DNA of 64,000 nt. Source: Candidatus Campbellbacteria bacterium GW2011_OD1_34_28. Its GTDB lineage: Bacteria; Patescibacteriota; Minisyncoccia; Phycocordibacterales; UBA12079. A model generated the notes under the pieces. It was not told the origin of the DNA, did not search any database, and saw only the letters and a program-made list of their open reading frames with translations. Made by a program: the position numbers and the translations under genes. Position 1 is the stretch's first letter. Every line of letters begins with the position of its first letter. Where the stretch lies: contig CP011215.1 of assembly GCA_001029775.1 (NCBI GenBank), positions 123,187 through 187,186 of the forward strand. Direction: 5' to 3'. Below are positions 8,215 to 17,359 of this stretch, piece by piece.

Positions 8215-10356
8215 TTATTCAAAATGCACCTCTATTTTCTTTAACCTTTCTTTTATCAAAAGATACTTTTTCAATTCTGGATCTTTCTCAATTATTTCTT
8301 TTGCTTCATTGCGAGCCGATTCTACCATTTTAATATTTTTTATTGCCTCCATTCCTATATCAGAAATACCCCATTGTTTTTTGCCCGACAATTCTCCCGA
8401 TCCTCTCAATTCCAAATCAGCTTCGGCCAATTTAAAACCGTTTTCTGCTGTTTTCAAAGCATTTAATCTGTTCAATGTTTGTTCCGATTTTGTATCACTA
8501 AAAATAAAACAATAGGCTTGGGTGTTACTTCGCAATACTCTTCCTCTTAGTTGATGTAGTTGTGCCAATCCAAATCTTTCTGCTCCTTCAATCACTATCA
8601 TTGTTGCATTTGGAACATTTACTCCCACTTCAACAACAGAAGTAGAGACGAGAATATCTATCTCCTTTTCTTCAAATTGTCGCATTGTCTCTTCTTTTTC
8701 TTTTGGCTTCATCTTGCTGTGCAAAATATCAATTTCATATTCTGGGAAAATTTCTTCTTTCAATCTTTTTGCTTCTGTTTTGACAGACTTAACATTGAGA
8801 GTGTTTGCTTTGTCTGGATCTGGTTCGTCTATACGGGGACAAATTACATACAATTGTCTACCTGCTTGCAGTTCTTTTCGCATTTCTTCATAGGCAGTTT
8901 TTCTTCTCTCTGGTGTAACTATTTCTGTTATCACAGGCTTTCTCCCTTTTGGCATTTCGTCCAACAAAGTTAAATCTAGATCGCCATAAATTGTTAAGGC
9001 GAGCGTGCGGGGAATAGGTGTCGCAGTCATGCTCAACAAGTGTGGGATTCTTTCGTCCTTTTTTGTTATGTCTCTTCTTTGCTTTGTGCCAAATCTATGC
9101 TGTTCGTCAATAATCACATACGCCAAATTTTTAAACTCAACACTTTTTTGAATAAGCGAGTGCGTTCCTATTAAAATAGGAATTTCTCCGTTTGCCGTCC
9201 ATTTCAAAAGTTGGGAACGAGAAATATCTGTCCATGTCTCAGGATTTGTTTTTGAAGGAAATTTTTTACAGCCACTAGAAGTGATCAAACCAATCTGAAC
9301 ATTCAAATGATAAAAATATTGAATAAAAGATTCAAAAAGTTGTTTCGCCAAAATTTCTGTTGGCGCCATATACGCTGTTTGCAAAGCTCCAGCATTTGAT
9401 CCGTTTGGTTTTGTTGTGGTTACTGCATAGACGGTCGTGGCAGCAACAGCTGTTTTTCCCGACCCGACATCCCCCTCCAGCAATCTAGACATGGCGTTGC
9501 CTTTTTCAAAATCAGACAATATTTGATCAATAGATTTTTCTTGAGATTTTGTAAGTTTGAAAGGAAACTTTTCTGTAAATTTTTTTGCAGAATCTTTTTT
9601 ATTTTCTATTTTAAAAGACGGTTTTTCTAAAGATTCTCTTTTTTGTTTTTGACGAAGTAGCTGAATAAAGAAAATTTCCTCAAAAGCAAATCTTTTTCTC
9701 GCCGACAAGGCATCGGATTGTTTCTTCGGAGAGTGAATCCAGATGAGAGAGGTTTTTAATTTTGGTAAACTATATTTTTTTAAAATATCTTCCGGAATAG
9801 CATCTTCAATATTATCCAAAAGGCCAGATGTAAAAACCTTTTGAATACTGTGATAGATCCATTGCGATGTGACCCCTTTGCTTTCGGGATAGACGGGAAT
9901 AAAAAAATGATTGTCTGTTTCTTTGTTAAAAATTCCCGATGTTATACTTTCGGTTATCTCATATTCTGGATTAGCCAAATAAGGTTTTCCTTTTCTTTCA
10001 CTAATGGTTCCTGAAAATTTTGCGTATGTCCCCTCGGGCAACATCTTTGCAATGTATGGTTGGCGAAACCAAACTGCTTGAATAGATCCTTCACTGTCTT
10101 CCAACACAGCTTCTGTCATTGTAATCTTTTTGTAATATGCTTTGGTTGGTTTTATTTTTTTTACTCTGGCATAGATAATTATTTTGTCGCCTTTTTGAAC
10201 ATTTTTTGTATTTTTTATCTCTTCGGTATCACCATAACGAGCAGGAAAATAATAGAGTAAATCCTCTACCGTGTTTAGACCGATTTTTTTCAACGCTTTT
10301 TTTCTACTGTCTGGCAAACGAGGAAAAATATCTTCAATTTTTGAGTTTAGATTCAT
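8215..10356 (-). CDS. recG: ATP-dependent DNA helicase RecG.
   Basis: Walker A GDVGSGKT, DEQHRFG, and helicase C-terminal motifs (QLHQLRGRV); 713 aa. Confidence 0.9.
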   Translation of the reverse strand: MNLNSKIEDIFPRLPDSRKKALKKIGLNTVEDLLYYFPARYGDTEEIKNTKNVQKGDKIIIYARVKKIKPTKAYYKKITMTEAVLEDSEGSIQAVWFRQPYIAKMLPEGTYAKFSGTISERKGKPYLANPEYEITESITSGIFNKETDNHFFIPVYPESKGVTSQWIYHSIQKVFTSGLLDNIEDAIPEDILKKYSLPKLKTSLIWIHSPKKQSDALSARKRFAFEEIFFIQLLRQKQKRESLEKPSFKIENKKDSAKKFTEKFPFKLTKSQEKSIDQILSDFEKGNAMSRLLEGDVGSGKTAVAATTVYAVTTTKPNGSNAGALQTAYMAPTEILAKQLFESFIQYFYHLNVQIGLITSSGCKKFPSKTNPETWTDISRSQLLKWTANGEIPILIGTHSLIQKSVEFKNLAYVIIDEQHRFGTKQRRDITKKDERIPHLLSMTATPIPRTLALTIYGDLDLTLLDEMPKGRKPVITEIVTPERRKTAYEEMRKELQAGRQLYVICPRIDEPDPDKANTLNVKSVKTEAKRLKEEIFPEYEIDILHSKMKPKEKEETMRQFEEKEIDILVSTSVVEVGVNVPNATMIVIEGAERFGLAQLHQLRGRVLRSNTQAYCFIFSDTKSEQTLNRLNALKTAENGFKLAEADLELRGSGELSGKKQWGISDIGMEAIKNIKMVESARNEAKEIIEKDPELKKYLLIKERLKKIEVHFE

Positions 10357-10366
10357 TTGTTATTTT

Positions 10367-10708
10367 TTATTCATTAAAAAACTGCTTTGGCTCTCCTGAT
10401 ACAAGATGAAAGTGTAGATGCTGTGATTCTTGAAAACTTCCACCGTTAGTTATTATTTTATAGTTACTCTCAGAAAGATTCTTTTCTTTAATAATATCTA
10501 TTACCACCTCAAAAATTTCTTTAATTAAATTTGTATTTTCTAAATCTGTAAGTCTAGTTATGTGTTGTTTTGGAATAATAACAATATGAAGTGTCCAATT
10601 TGGTTTTGTATGATAAAAAGCTAAAACATTGTTTGTTTCTCTAACTTTTTCTATTTTTATTTTATTGTTTAAAACAAAATTACAATAAAAATCTTCATTA
10701 ATATTCAT
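10367..10708 (-). CDS. HIT family (histidine triad) protein.
   Basis: HLHFHL triad near the C-terminus. The start is trimmed to MNINEDF; it sits 10 bp downstream of recG. Confidence 0.7.
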   Translation of the reverse strand: MNINEDFYCNFVLNNKIKIEKVRETNNVLAFYHTKPNWTLHIVIIPKQHITRLTDLENTNLIKEIFEVVIDIIKEKNLSESNYKIITNGGSFQESQHLHFHLVSGEPKQFFNE

Positions 10709-10744
10709 AAAGACAGTATACAATATTTATGATTTAACTTGTAA

Positions 10745-10848
10745 CCAAAACCTATACCAGTATTTTGCAAAATACTGGTATAGGTTTTGATAATTATTTA
10801 TTTTGAATAAAACAAAAACAGCAGATACCCTAGGGTATCTGCTGTTAA
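10745..10848. terminator. Two tandem perfect hairpins (aaaacctataccagtattttgcaaaatactggtataggtttt and aacagcagataccctagggtatctgctgtt).
   Basis: Perfect inverted repeats with flanking A/T runs, downstream of the 10845 minus-strand gene. Confidence 0.6.
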
Positions 10849-11111
10849 TTCCAGTCAGAGAGACTTTCTTCTGATGATTGAAAATCGGTCTCCTCTACAA
10901 AAGCGAGAAAATCATTAAGGTCGGAAAGTATAATAACATCATCATCTCCGTTCGTCATTTTTTCAAAAACACGAGATGCTTTCTCGTACACAGTAAGAGT
11001 TGGGTCCCCAAAGATAGGCACCGTAAAAGAAAAAGTTCTGCCTCTCGGACCACACACGAGGGTGATAAAGTTAATACTTTTTAAACGTCTCAAAGGTTTT
11101 TTCGGCATCAT
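10845..11111 (-). CDS. Hypothetical acidic 88-aa protein, second gene of a two-gene operon.
   Basis: Start ATGATG at 11111 is preceded by GAGGTG that overlaps the TGA stop of the upstream gene. The N-terminal extension shown in the ORF track is rejected. Confidence 0.5.
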   Translation of the reverse strand: MMPKKPLRRLKSINFITLVCGPRGRTFSFTVPIFGDPTLTVYEKASRVFEKMTNGDDDVIILSDLNDFLAFVEETDFQSSEESLSDWN

Positions 11112-11119
11112 ACGACACC

Positions 11120-11395
11120 TCATTGTTTGTTGATTTGAGCAGCACAATCTGCCTCTATGGAATTTAAAATATTAAACAAAGCGGAAGTACTCTTTTCATC
11201 AAAACTGTTCGAGTTTAAAATAGCTTGGATCAGACGATGAGCTGTCACAGACAAAGTAGGACTAACATGAATAAATGTTCCGTTCATTACATCGTGAAAT
11301 ACAGAAACTCTATTTTCTAATTTTTCTCCAATAGAGAAATGTTTGCCGATAACCCTTGAACCGTCATTAAAGTCAATTAAAACGAAATCTGGCAC
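11120..11395 (-). CDS. Hypothetical 91-aa protein, first gene of a two-gene operon.
   Basis: Strong SD (GAGGAGG) upstream of the ATG at 11395. Confidence 0.5.
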   Translation of the reverse strand: MPDFVLIDFNDGSRVIGKHFSIGEKLENRVSVFHDVMNGTFIHVSPTLSVTAHRLIQAILNSNSFDEKSTSALFNILNSIEADCAAQINKQ

Positions 11396-11535
11396 ATTTA
11401 CCTCCTCTCACATATATTAAAGTATCAATTTCTAATATCAGTAAATCACAAATACATAAACAAAACAACAAAAATTCAAATTTGCGAAAAGATCATTTTT
11501 GATATAAAGTTTGTGTATAAATTGAGTTTGAATAT

Positions 11536-11608
11536 GCGCACGTAGCTCAGTTGGTAGAGCGCCGAGCTTATACCTCGGTGGTCCCAGGTTCGAGTCCTGG
11601 CGTGCGCA
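11536..11608 (+). tRNA. tRNA-Ile with anticodon UAU (TAT); no encoded CCA.
   Basis: GCGCACG-TA-GCTC-AGTTGGTA-GAGC-G-CCGAG-CTTATAC-CTCGG-TGGTC-CCAGG-TTCGAGT-CCTGG-CGTGCGC-A. All stems are Watson-Crick; the 7-nt anticodon loop is CTTATAC. Confidence 0.8.
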
Positions 11609-11646
11609 CAAAATTAAAAATACTTTTGCTAAAAACCAAAAGTATT

Positions 11647-11973
11647 TTATTTAATCAACTCGAATTTAATAACTTTTACAGGGCTATTTTCATCAACTGG
11701 CCTGTGATAATAACCAGAGTATGTTTCATACATTTCCTTTTCCGATTCAAATTTTTCATGACCGTTCCAATCTTCATCAGTTAATTTTCCAAAAGTAGTT
11801 TCATTTACATCTAGTATCTTTGCTCTTTTGAATTCTTCTCCGGTCTCCCAAACCAAAAAAGAAATTTCGTCCCCCGCTGATAAATCTTTGTCGTCAAATA
11901 AACGCCAAGTAGTATCTTTCGTGTTCGACAAAATCATATCGGCTAATTTTTTTCTAAATTTTAATGTTTTCAT
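11647..11973 (-). CDS. ASCH (PUA-like) domain protein.
   Basis: 108-aa core with an ASCH-like pattern (RLFDDKDLSAGDEISFLVWETGEEF...VKVIKFELI). The start is trimmed because the ORF-track N-terminus MQTCLPAGRAIEFLI is just the translation of the GC palindrome at 11992-12011. Confidence 0.5.
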   Translation of the reverse strand: MKTLKFRKKLADMILSNTKDTTWRLFDDKDLSAGDEISFLVWETGEEFKRAKILDVNETTFGKLTDEDWNGHEKFESEKEMYETYSGYYHRPVDENSPVKVIKFELIK

Positions 11974-12256
11974 AATTAAAAATTCAATCGCCCTGCCTGC
12001 CGGCAGGCAGGTTTGCAAGAACCGGATAAAAAACTTAAACGCTTTTTATCCAACTGAGCTACATGTGCATACACAAAACTTTATCTCAAAACGTCTATTT
12101 AATCAACTCGAATATTTTTACCTTTCTTACTTTTGATTACCGACATGGATTACTTCGTTTCACTCGCAAGGATGGGCGAGCTGTCGGCTTCGTTTTCGTC
12201 CTTACTACTTAATACTTACTACTTATACCTAGTTGGGAAAACAAAAAATAGTTTTG

Positions 12257-12667
12257 CTATTTTTTGTTTTCCCAACCCCACGAAAAAGGTATCAAACTTT
12301 TTCCGCCCAGACGAACTCCCAAATAAACAATATCACCCATTCCTGGAAAAACCTTGTTTATATTGTCACGCAATTCCTCATCTGCTTTTTGTCGCTCTTC
12401 ATCCGTTCCTCCCAGCCAATATTTTATATCGTGTTCAACACAATATCCTTCCCAGGAAACACCTAGAAATCCTTCTGGCCACAAAGAACATCCGTCACTT
12501 CGAAAATCACTGATCGGGACAGACCTCTCTCCTGCCACTCCTTTAATGTAATCGTTATATTGATTCAAATTTTCAGGGGAATATGTTCTGTCCAAAAAAA
12601 TCATAAAAGCAAAAAAAATAAGAAAGGTTATTTGAAAAATTTCTTTTTTAAATTTTTTTATTTTCAT
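12257..12667 (-). CDS. Secreted hypothetical protein with a CxxHD..Y motif, possibly prokaryotic phospholipase A2-like.
   Basis: N-terminal signal/TM (ITFLIFFAFMIFL). CVEHDIKYW resembles the His-Asp dyad context of the PLA2 family. This is a weak call. Confidence 0.35.
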   Translation of the reverse strand: MKIKKFKKEIFQITFLIFFAFMIFLDRTYSPENLNQYNDYIKGVAGERSVPISDFRSDGCSLWPEGFLGVSWEGYCVEHDIKYWLGGTDEERQKADEELRDNINKVFPGMGDIVYLGVRLGGKSLIPFSWGWENKK

Positions 12668-12781
12668 CCCGTTAGAGATAGGACGCGGACTTTGTTAAAT
12701 CTCGCACATTATATCTTTAAATTAAATTTAATAAATTGTTTTTGTTAAATATCTCATTCCGTGTCCGCTATCTCTAACGGG
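12668..12781. mobile_element. MITE-like element with CCCGTTAGAGATAGG terminal inverted repeats, copy 1.
   Basis: Left end cccgttagagataggacgcggac and right end gtccgctatctctaacggg flank an AT-rich core. It abuts the start codon of the 12257-12667 gene (ttt-cat-cccgttagag). Confidence 0.6.
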
Positions 12782-12795
12782 ATTCATCATGTTTT

Positions 12796-13710
12796 TTAGA
12801 CTATCTGTTTTTTAGATTTCCAAAAGAAATATCCTACTACTCCAAAAGTTACAATCGGAGATACCCAAGCAGGAATATGAAAACCAAAACTATCCAAAAG
12901 CATAATAGTACCCAAAAACAAAATAGAATACATTGCCCCATTTTTCAAATAGATATATTTTTTAATTCTATCCATATTGCTTACTGTCATCTGACGCAAA
13001 ACCAAAGCGCCAATTCCGTTTCCTAAAACAATCAAAGGCACAGAAAGCGTAAAGGCAAACGCTCCTAAAACGCCATCCACAGAAAATGTTGTATCCAAAA
13101 CTTCAAGATAAAAAATCTTGCTCAAATCAGACATATTTCCTTTTCCTGCCACCAATCTTTTTTCTTCCAATTCTGCATTTTGTTTAAATCCATGAGTGAT
13201 AAAAAACGCGGTTGAACCGATGACTGCTCCAAATGCGAGCATCGGACTAATTTGCAAAGCAAACCAAACCACCACAGACAAAATAATAGAGACGACAGCA
13301 AAAAACCAAACTCCCTGAGCATGGAAAAACTTTTCTCCTTTCAAGCCATATTCTTTTGGTTCCAAAAACAACCAGTGAAAAAACAAAAAGATAAGAAATA
13401 TTCCGCCACCGATAAGTAAAATCGGTGCAGATTTTTCTACCGCTTCCAAAACAGCAGGGTCGCTACTAAATGTTGCCATCAATGCACCAATCGGTCCCAA
13501 CTCTGGCATCACCGCCCAAACAATAAGCCACGGCAACAAGCCTCTCACAACAACAACAGCAAACAAAAGCCCCCACAACAAAAACCATTTGCGGGCTCTT
13601 TGTGACATCGTAGAAAGAACCTCAGCATTAACAATAGCATTATCAACACTACTGATAATTTCAAACAAACAAAGTCCTGCGACTGTTAAAAGTATCGAGA
13701 AAAGAACCAT
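12796..13710 (-). CDS. DUF475 / TerC-family integral membrane protein.
   Basis: Multiple TM segments plus SSVDNAIVNA and SVDGVLGAF motifs characteristic of DUF475. Confidence 0.6.
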   Translation of the reverse strand: MVLFSILLTVAGLCLFEIISSVDNAIVNAEVLSTMSQRARKWFLLWGLLFAVVVVRGLLPWLIVWAVMPELGPIGALMATFSSDPAVLEAVEKSAPILLIGGGIFLIFLFFHWLFLEPKEYGLKGEKFFHAQGVWFFAVVSIILSVVVWFALQISPMLAFGAVIGSTAFFITHGFKQNAELEEKRLVAGKGNMSDLSKIFYLEVLDTTFSVDGVLGAFAFTLSVPLIVLGNGIGALVLRQMTVSNMDRIKKYIYLKNGAMYSILFLGTIMLLDSFGFHIPAWVSPIVTFGVVGYFFWKSKKQIV

Positions 13711-13713
13711 AAA

Positions 13714-15666
13714 CTATTTTTTAGGAGTAATGCCGTTAGCGATTAAAAGATTTTCAAACTCTGCTCTTTCAAGAGTCTCTACTTCTACCAATTTAGCAGT
13801 GATATTGTCTAGTGCTTTTCTGTGTTCGTTGATAACAACGACAGCTCTCTCCAAACCTTGTTGAACAATTCTTGATACTTCCCCATCAACAGCAAAAGCT
13901 GTCTTTTCTGAATGTTCTTTGTTAGACAAATCTGCACCACCAATCATTACTTTTCCGCCATCATCTAGTGCGACAGGTCCAATCAAATCTGACATTCCAT
14001 ATTTTGTAACCATATTTCTCGCCATTGCTGTTGCCACCTGCAAATCGTTTGATGGCCCAGTTGTAATATCACCAAAAACAATTTTTTCCGCCGCATATCC
14101 TCCCAATGTCATTGCTATGTCGTCCAAAAATTCTTTACTGTTGTGAAGTTTTTTCTCTATTAACGGCAATTTCAAAGTATATCCAGCAGCTCTTCCACGA
14201 GAGATAATAGATATTTTATGAACAGGATCGGAATGTTCGAGAACAGAAGAAACCAAAGCGTGACCCACTTCGTGATAAGCGGTTATTTCTTTTTCTTTTA
14301 CAGAAAGAATATGACTTTTCCTTTCTGGGCCCAACATTACTTTTTCAATTGCTCTGATTAAATCGTATTGAGATACTTTGTTTCTCTCTTCTCTCGCAGC
14401 TAAAATCGCTCCTTCGTTCATCAAAGAATACAAATCTGCTCCAGAAAATCCAGGAGTTCTCTCTGCAATCACTATCAGATTTACATCTTCGGCAAAAGGT
14501 TTTTTTCGTGAGTGAATTTTCAAAATTTCCTCTCTGTCTTTTCTATCTGGCAAATCAACCACTACTCGTCTGTCAAAACGACCTGTCCTCAAAAGAGCAG
14601 GGTCCAAAACATCTGGTCTATTTGTCGCCGCAATAACAATCACTTTTTCGTTTGGTTCAAAACCATCCATCTCTACCAAAATTTGATTAAGTGTTTGTTC
14701 TCTTTCATCGTTTCCTCCACCCACACCCGATCCTCTCACTCTACCCACAGCGTCTATTTCGTCTATGAAAATAATAGAAGGAGCAGCCTGTTTTGCCAAT
14801 TTAAAAAGGTCTCTTACACGACTTGCTCCTACTCCGACAAACATCTCTACGAATTCAGAACCAGAAATTGAAAAAAATGGCACGCCTGCTTCTCCTGCGA
14901 CTGCTTTTGCAAGCAATGTTTTTCCTGTTCCTGGGGCTCCCATCAAAATAAGTCCTTTTGGAATCTGTGCTCCAATATCCAAAAACTTTTTAGGATTTTT
15001 CAAAAAATCTACTATTTCCACCAATTCTTCTTTGGCTTCTTTCACACCAGCAACATCATCAAAAGTAATTCTTTGTTTTTTGTCTTTTGGATCAATAATT
15101 CTTGCTTTTGACTGACCAAAAGAAAATGCTTGCATCCCTGCTCCTTTTACCTGTCTTGTCATAAACCAAATAAAAAAAACAATGAAAAATATCGGAATCA
15201 AAAATGGAGCAAGCGCAACAGCCCAAAATCCAAGTCCTGTTGGATTGCTTACCTCTATATTCACTTTGGTCAATTGTTCTGGAGTAACACCGTAATTGTT
15301 TAGTGTTTCGGTCAAAGAAGACCCTTCTTCTTTTTTAGAAATCTGCTCTTTACCATCTTTCAATATAATACTTAGCTGTTCTCCTTTTATTTCTATTGTT
15401 TCAACTTTTTCTGTCTTGATACTCTCAACCAAGTTTGAAATCGTCACTTCATCAATATTTTTATTTTTTTCTGAAAAATATGAATAAATAGACAAGATTA
15501 AAAATAAAATAATAAGACCTGTTAAAATATTGTTAAAAAATTGAAAAGAAATCATCTTTCCGGTTATCTTTTTTTCCGATTTTTTATCCTTTGTCTTTTT
15601 GGTTTTATTTGGGGTTTTTATGATTTTCATAGAGATAAGTATAGAATATTGGATAGCTAGTATCAA
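13714..15666 (-). CDS. ftsH: ATP-dependent zinc metalloprotease FtsH.
   Basis: GAPGTGKT Walker A, AAA second region of homology, HEVGHAL zinc site, N-terminal TMs. The start may be an internal Met (MKIIKTP). Confidence 0.9.
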   Translation of the reverse strand: MILAIQYSILISMKIIKTPNKTKKTKDKKSEKKITGKMISFQFFNNILTGLIILFLILSIYSYFSEKNKNIDEVTISNLVESIKTEKVETIEIKGEQLSIILKDGKEQISKKEEGSSLTETLNNYGVTPEQLTKVNIEVSNPTGLGFWAVALAPFLIPIFFIVFFIWFMTRQVKGAGMQAFSFGQSKARIIDPKDKKQRITFDDVAGVKEAKEELVEIVDFLKNPKKFLDIGAQIPKGLILMGAPGTGKTLLAKAVAGEAGVPFFSISGSEFVEMFVGVGASRVRDLFKLAKQAAPSIIFIDEIDAVGRVRGSGVGGGNDEREQTLNQILVEMDGFEPNEKVIVIAATNRPDVLDPALLRTGRFDRRVVVDLPDRKDREEILKIHSRKKPFAEDVNLIVIAERTPGFSGADLYSLMNEGAILAAREERNKVSQYDLIRAIEKVMLGPERKSHILSVKEKEITAYHEVGHALVSSVLEHSDPVHKISIISRGRAAGYTLKLPLIEKKLHNSKEFLDDIAMTLGGYAAEKIVFGDITTGPSNDLQVATAMARNMVTKYGMSDLIGPVALDDGGKVMIGGADLSNKEHSEKTAFAVDGEVSRIVQQGLERAVVVINEHRKALDNITAKLVEVETLERAEFENLLIANGITPKK

Positions 15667-15721
15667 GCAAAAAATTTTTATAATACTAGATACTAAATAC
15701 TAAATACTATATACTTTTTCT

Positions 15722-16171
15722 ATGGCTACTTTTATTAGAAACAAAAAAGTTTCATTTGATTATGAAATCTTGGAGAAATTCGATGCTGGCATTGAGCTTT
15801 TTGGTTTTGAAGTAAAATCTATAAAAAGCAATCACGGAAATATAGAAGGATCACATATAACGGTCAGAGGCGGAGAAGCATTTCTTTTAAATGCAAACAT
15901 TCCCCCTTATCAAACAGCCAATACCCCAAAAGACTATAATCCTGAAAGAAATCGCAGACTTCTCTTAACCAAAAAAGAGTTGTCTGAATTGTCTGGATTG
16001 GAAGAAAAGAAAGGATTGACGATAGTGCCTATTTCGATGTATAATAAGGGGAAGAAAATAAAGATAGAAATTGCGGTTGTTCGTGGAAAAAAGAAATTTG
16101 ATAAGAGAGAATCGATAAAAAAGAAAGATACGGAGCGTGATTTAAGACGAGAAATCAAATCACGATTATAA
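15722..16171 (+). CDS. smpB: SsrA-binding protein SmpB.
   Basis: 149 aa with the SmpB-like pattern (KVSFDYEILEKFDAGIELFGFEVKSIK...NPERNRRLLL) and a basic C-terminal tail; a tmRNA candidate lies immediately downstream. Confidence 0.85.
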   Translation: MATFIRNKKVSFDYEILEKFDAGIELFGFEVKSIKSNHGNIEGSHITVRGGEAFLLNANIPPYQTANTPKDYNPERNRRLLLTKKELSELSGLEEKKGLTIVPISMYNKGKKIKIEIAVVRGKKKFDKRESIKKKDTERDLRREIKSRL

Positions 16172-16328
16172 ATTTTAGATTTTAAATTATAAATTAAAGT
16201 TCATTGAAAAATAAAAAAGAGAAATCGGTCATTCGCTTGCCGTATCCAATCACACTCGTATTGCTTGCAATTCGGGACAAACATTTCGTTTGAGCTTCGG
16301 TTCATCCTGAATGGAATGGATATGGCAA

Positions 16329-16713
16329 GGGGGTGATCGGCATAGACATTTAGTCTACTCTTATATGTGCAAAGTCGAAATGAGTAATTCGTAAAAAGGC
16401 TTGTAAAGATAAGTGCAAACTTGTCACAAAAAGCAAAAGCTATGGTTTCACCATATTTCGCTTTTGCTCCAGCATTAGCTTAAGTCTAGGCTGGCGGTCA
16501 ATCTGTTGATTGTTTGGTAAACAGAATGATTGTCATATCACCAAACTAGAAAATAAATCCGCTTCGCTTTATTTTCAAAATCAAGAAGATCGAGATTTTA
16601 AGGTTTTGTTTATTTATTACTTAACTTCTTTAAAAACCAAAAAATATCCTACACTTTGTAGACTCATATAAGAACGCTATTTGCACGCGAGTTCGATTCT
16701 CGCCACTTCCACA
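16329..16713 (+). ncRNA. ssrA: tmRNA (ssrA), candidate. The 5' end is GGGGGTGATCGGCATAGAC. The 3' tRNA-like end is GCGAG-TTCGATT-CTCGC-CACTTCC-A. A possible tag frame is ...GCAAAAGCTATGGTTTCACCATATTTCGCTTTTGCTCCAGCATTAGCTTAA (ends ...FAFAPALA*).
   Basis: Position directly downstream of smpB. The acceptor pairs GGGGGTG/CACTTCC when G-U pairs are allowed. T-arm TTCGATT. Length about 385 nt. The 5' boundary and the tag frame are inferred, not verified. Confidence 0.55.
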
Positions 16714-17340
16714 ATTTAAAAACACTGCCTTTAAAGGCAGTGTTTTTAAATTGTGGAAGTGAGCAAGGCAACTGCTTGCCTTGCGTGCGAGAATCGAAAG
16801 TCGGAACATGTTGAGCGAAGTGAAACAGTGAGACGGGGTCGCGAGCACTTAGGCTTTTGGAGTTCGCAGCGAAGCGGAGAACGAACAAAAGACTTAGTGA
16901 CTTGTGACCGATTCTCGCCTACTCTCTTAAGTCCCAAAGCACCTAGCTTTGGGGCTTTTGATTTTGTAAGAAGTGGCGAGAATCGAAACGAGCGAAGTAT
17001 GGAGGAGCGAAACGACGAACACGAGCCTGCCTGCCGGCAGGCAGGCGAGCGGGGATAAAAAACGTTTAAGTTTTTTATCTGTTTTTTGCGAAGCAAAAAA
17101 TTTTCTTAATTGAGTGAAACGAAATAGAAAATAGGAGGAACAGAGTTCTTAGTGAAGACGAGTTCCGAGCTTGTCGAGGGACGAAGTCTGAACTTAGAAC
17201 TGGAGACCGATTCTCGCCCAAAAGACTTAGTGACTTGTGGCCGATACAGACCACCTCCGCCAGAACATAAAGCAAATTAAAACCGTCTGAACTGTACCCC
17301 AAAAAGTGGGCACTTTCGTGCCCACTTTTTGAGGTACAGT
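16714..17340. repeat. Repeat-rich non-coding block downstream of the tmRNA. It holds a 58-bp perfect palindrome across the tmRNA 3' end (cacttccacaattt...aaattgtggaagtg), inverted members of the composite repeat family, the GC palindrome at 17026-17045, and a terminal terminator (aaaaagtgggcactttcgtgcccacttttt).
   Basis: The reverse complement of 16840-16925 matches gtcacaagtcactaagtcttttgttcg...cgaccccg seen at 5460 and 58475. ggcgagaatcg copies the tmRNA T-arm. Confidence 0.65.
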
Positions 17341-17359
17341 CAACAGAGCGGTTTTTTAA

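Noticed and set aside
8309-10409. Plus-strand ORFs inside recG (8309-8515, 8560-8973, 10060-10260, 10206-10409)
   Set aside because: They are antisense to a 713-aa helicase gene with full motif support; translations are Phe/Cys/Ile-rich AT-frame artefacts.
11974-12018. N-terminal 15 aa of the ASCH protein (MQTCLPAGRAIEFLI)
   Set aside because: It is the translation of the CCTGCCTGCCGGCAGGCAGG palindrome; the real start is the next Met.
16630-17302. ORFs of 72-116 aa across the tmRNA-downstream repeat block (16630-16848, 16664-16888, 16746-17096, 16753-17058, 17075-17302)
   Set aside because: They translate GC-rich repeat DNA (Arg/Ser/Cys-rich, mutually overlapping on both strands); the region is better explained as non-coding repeats.
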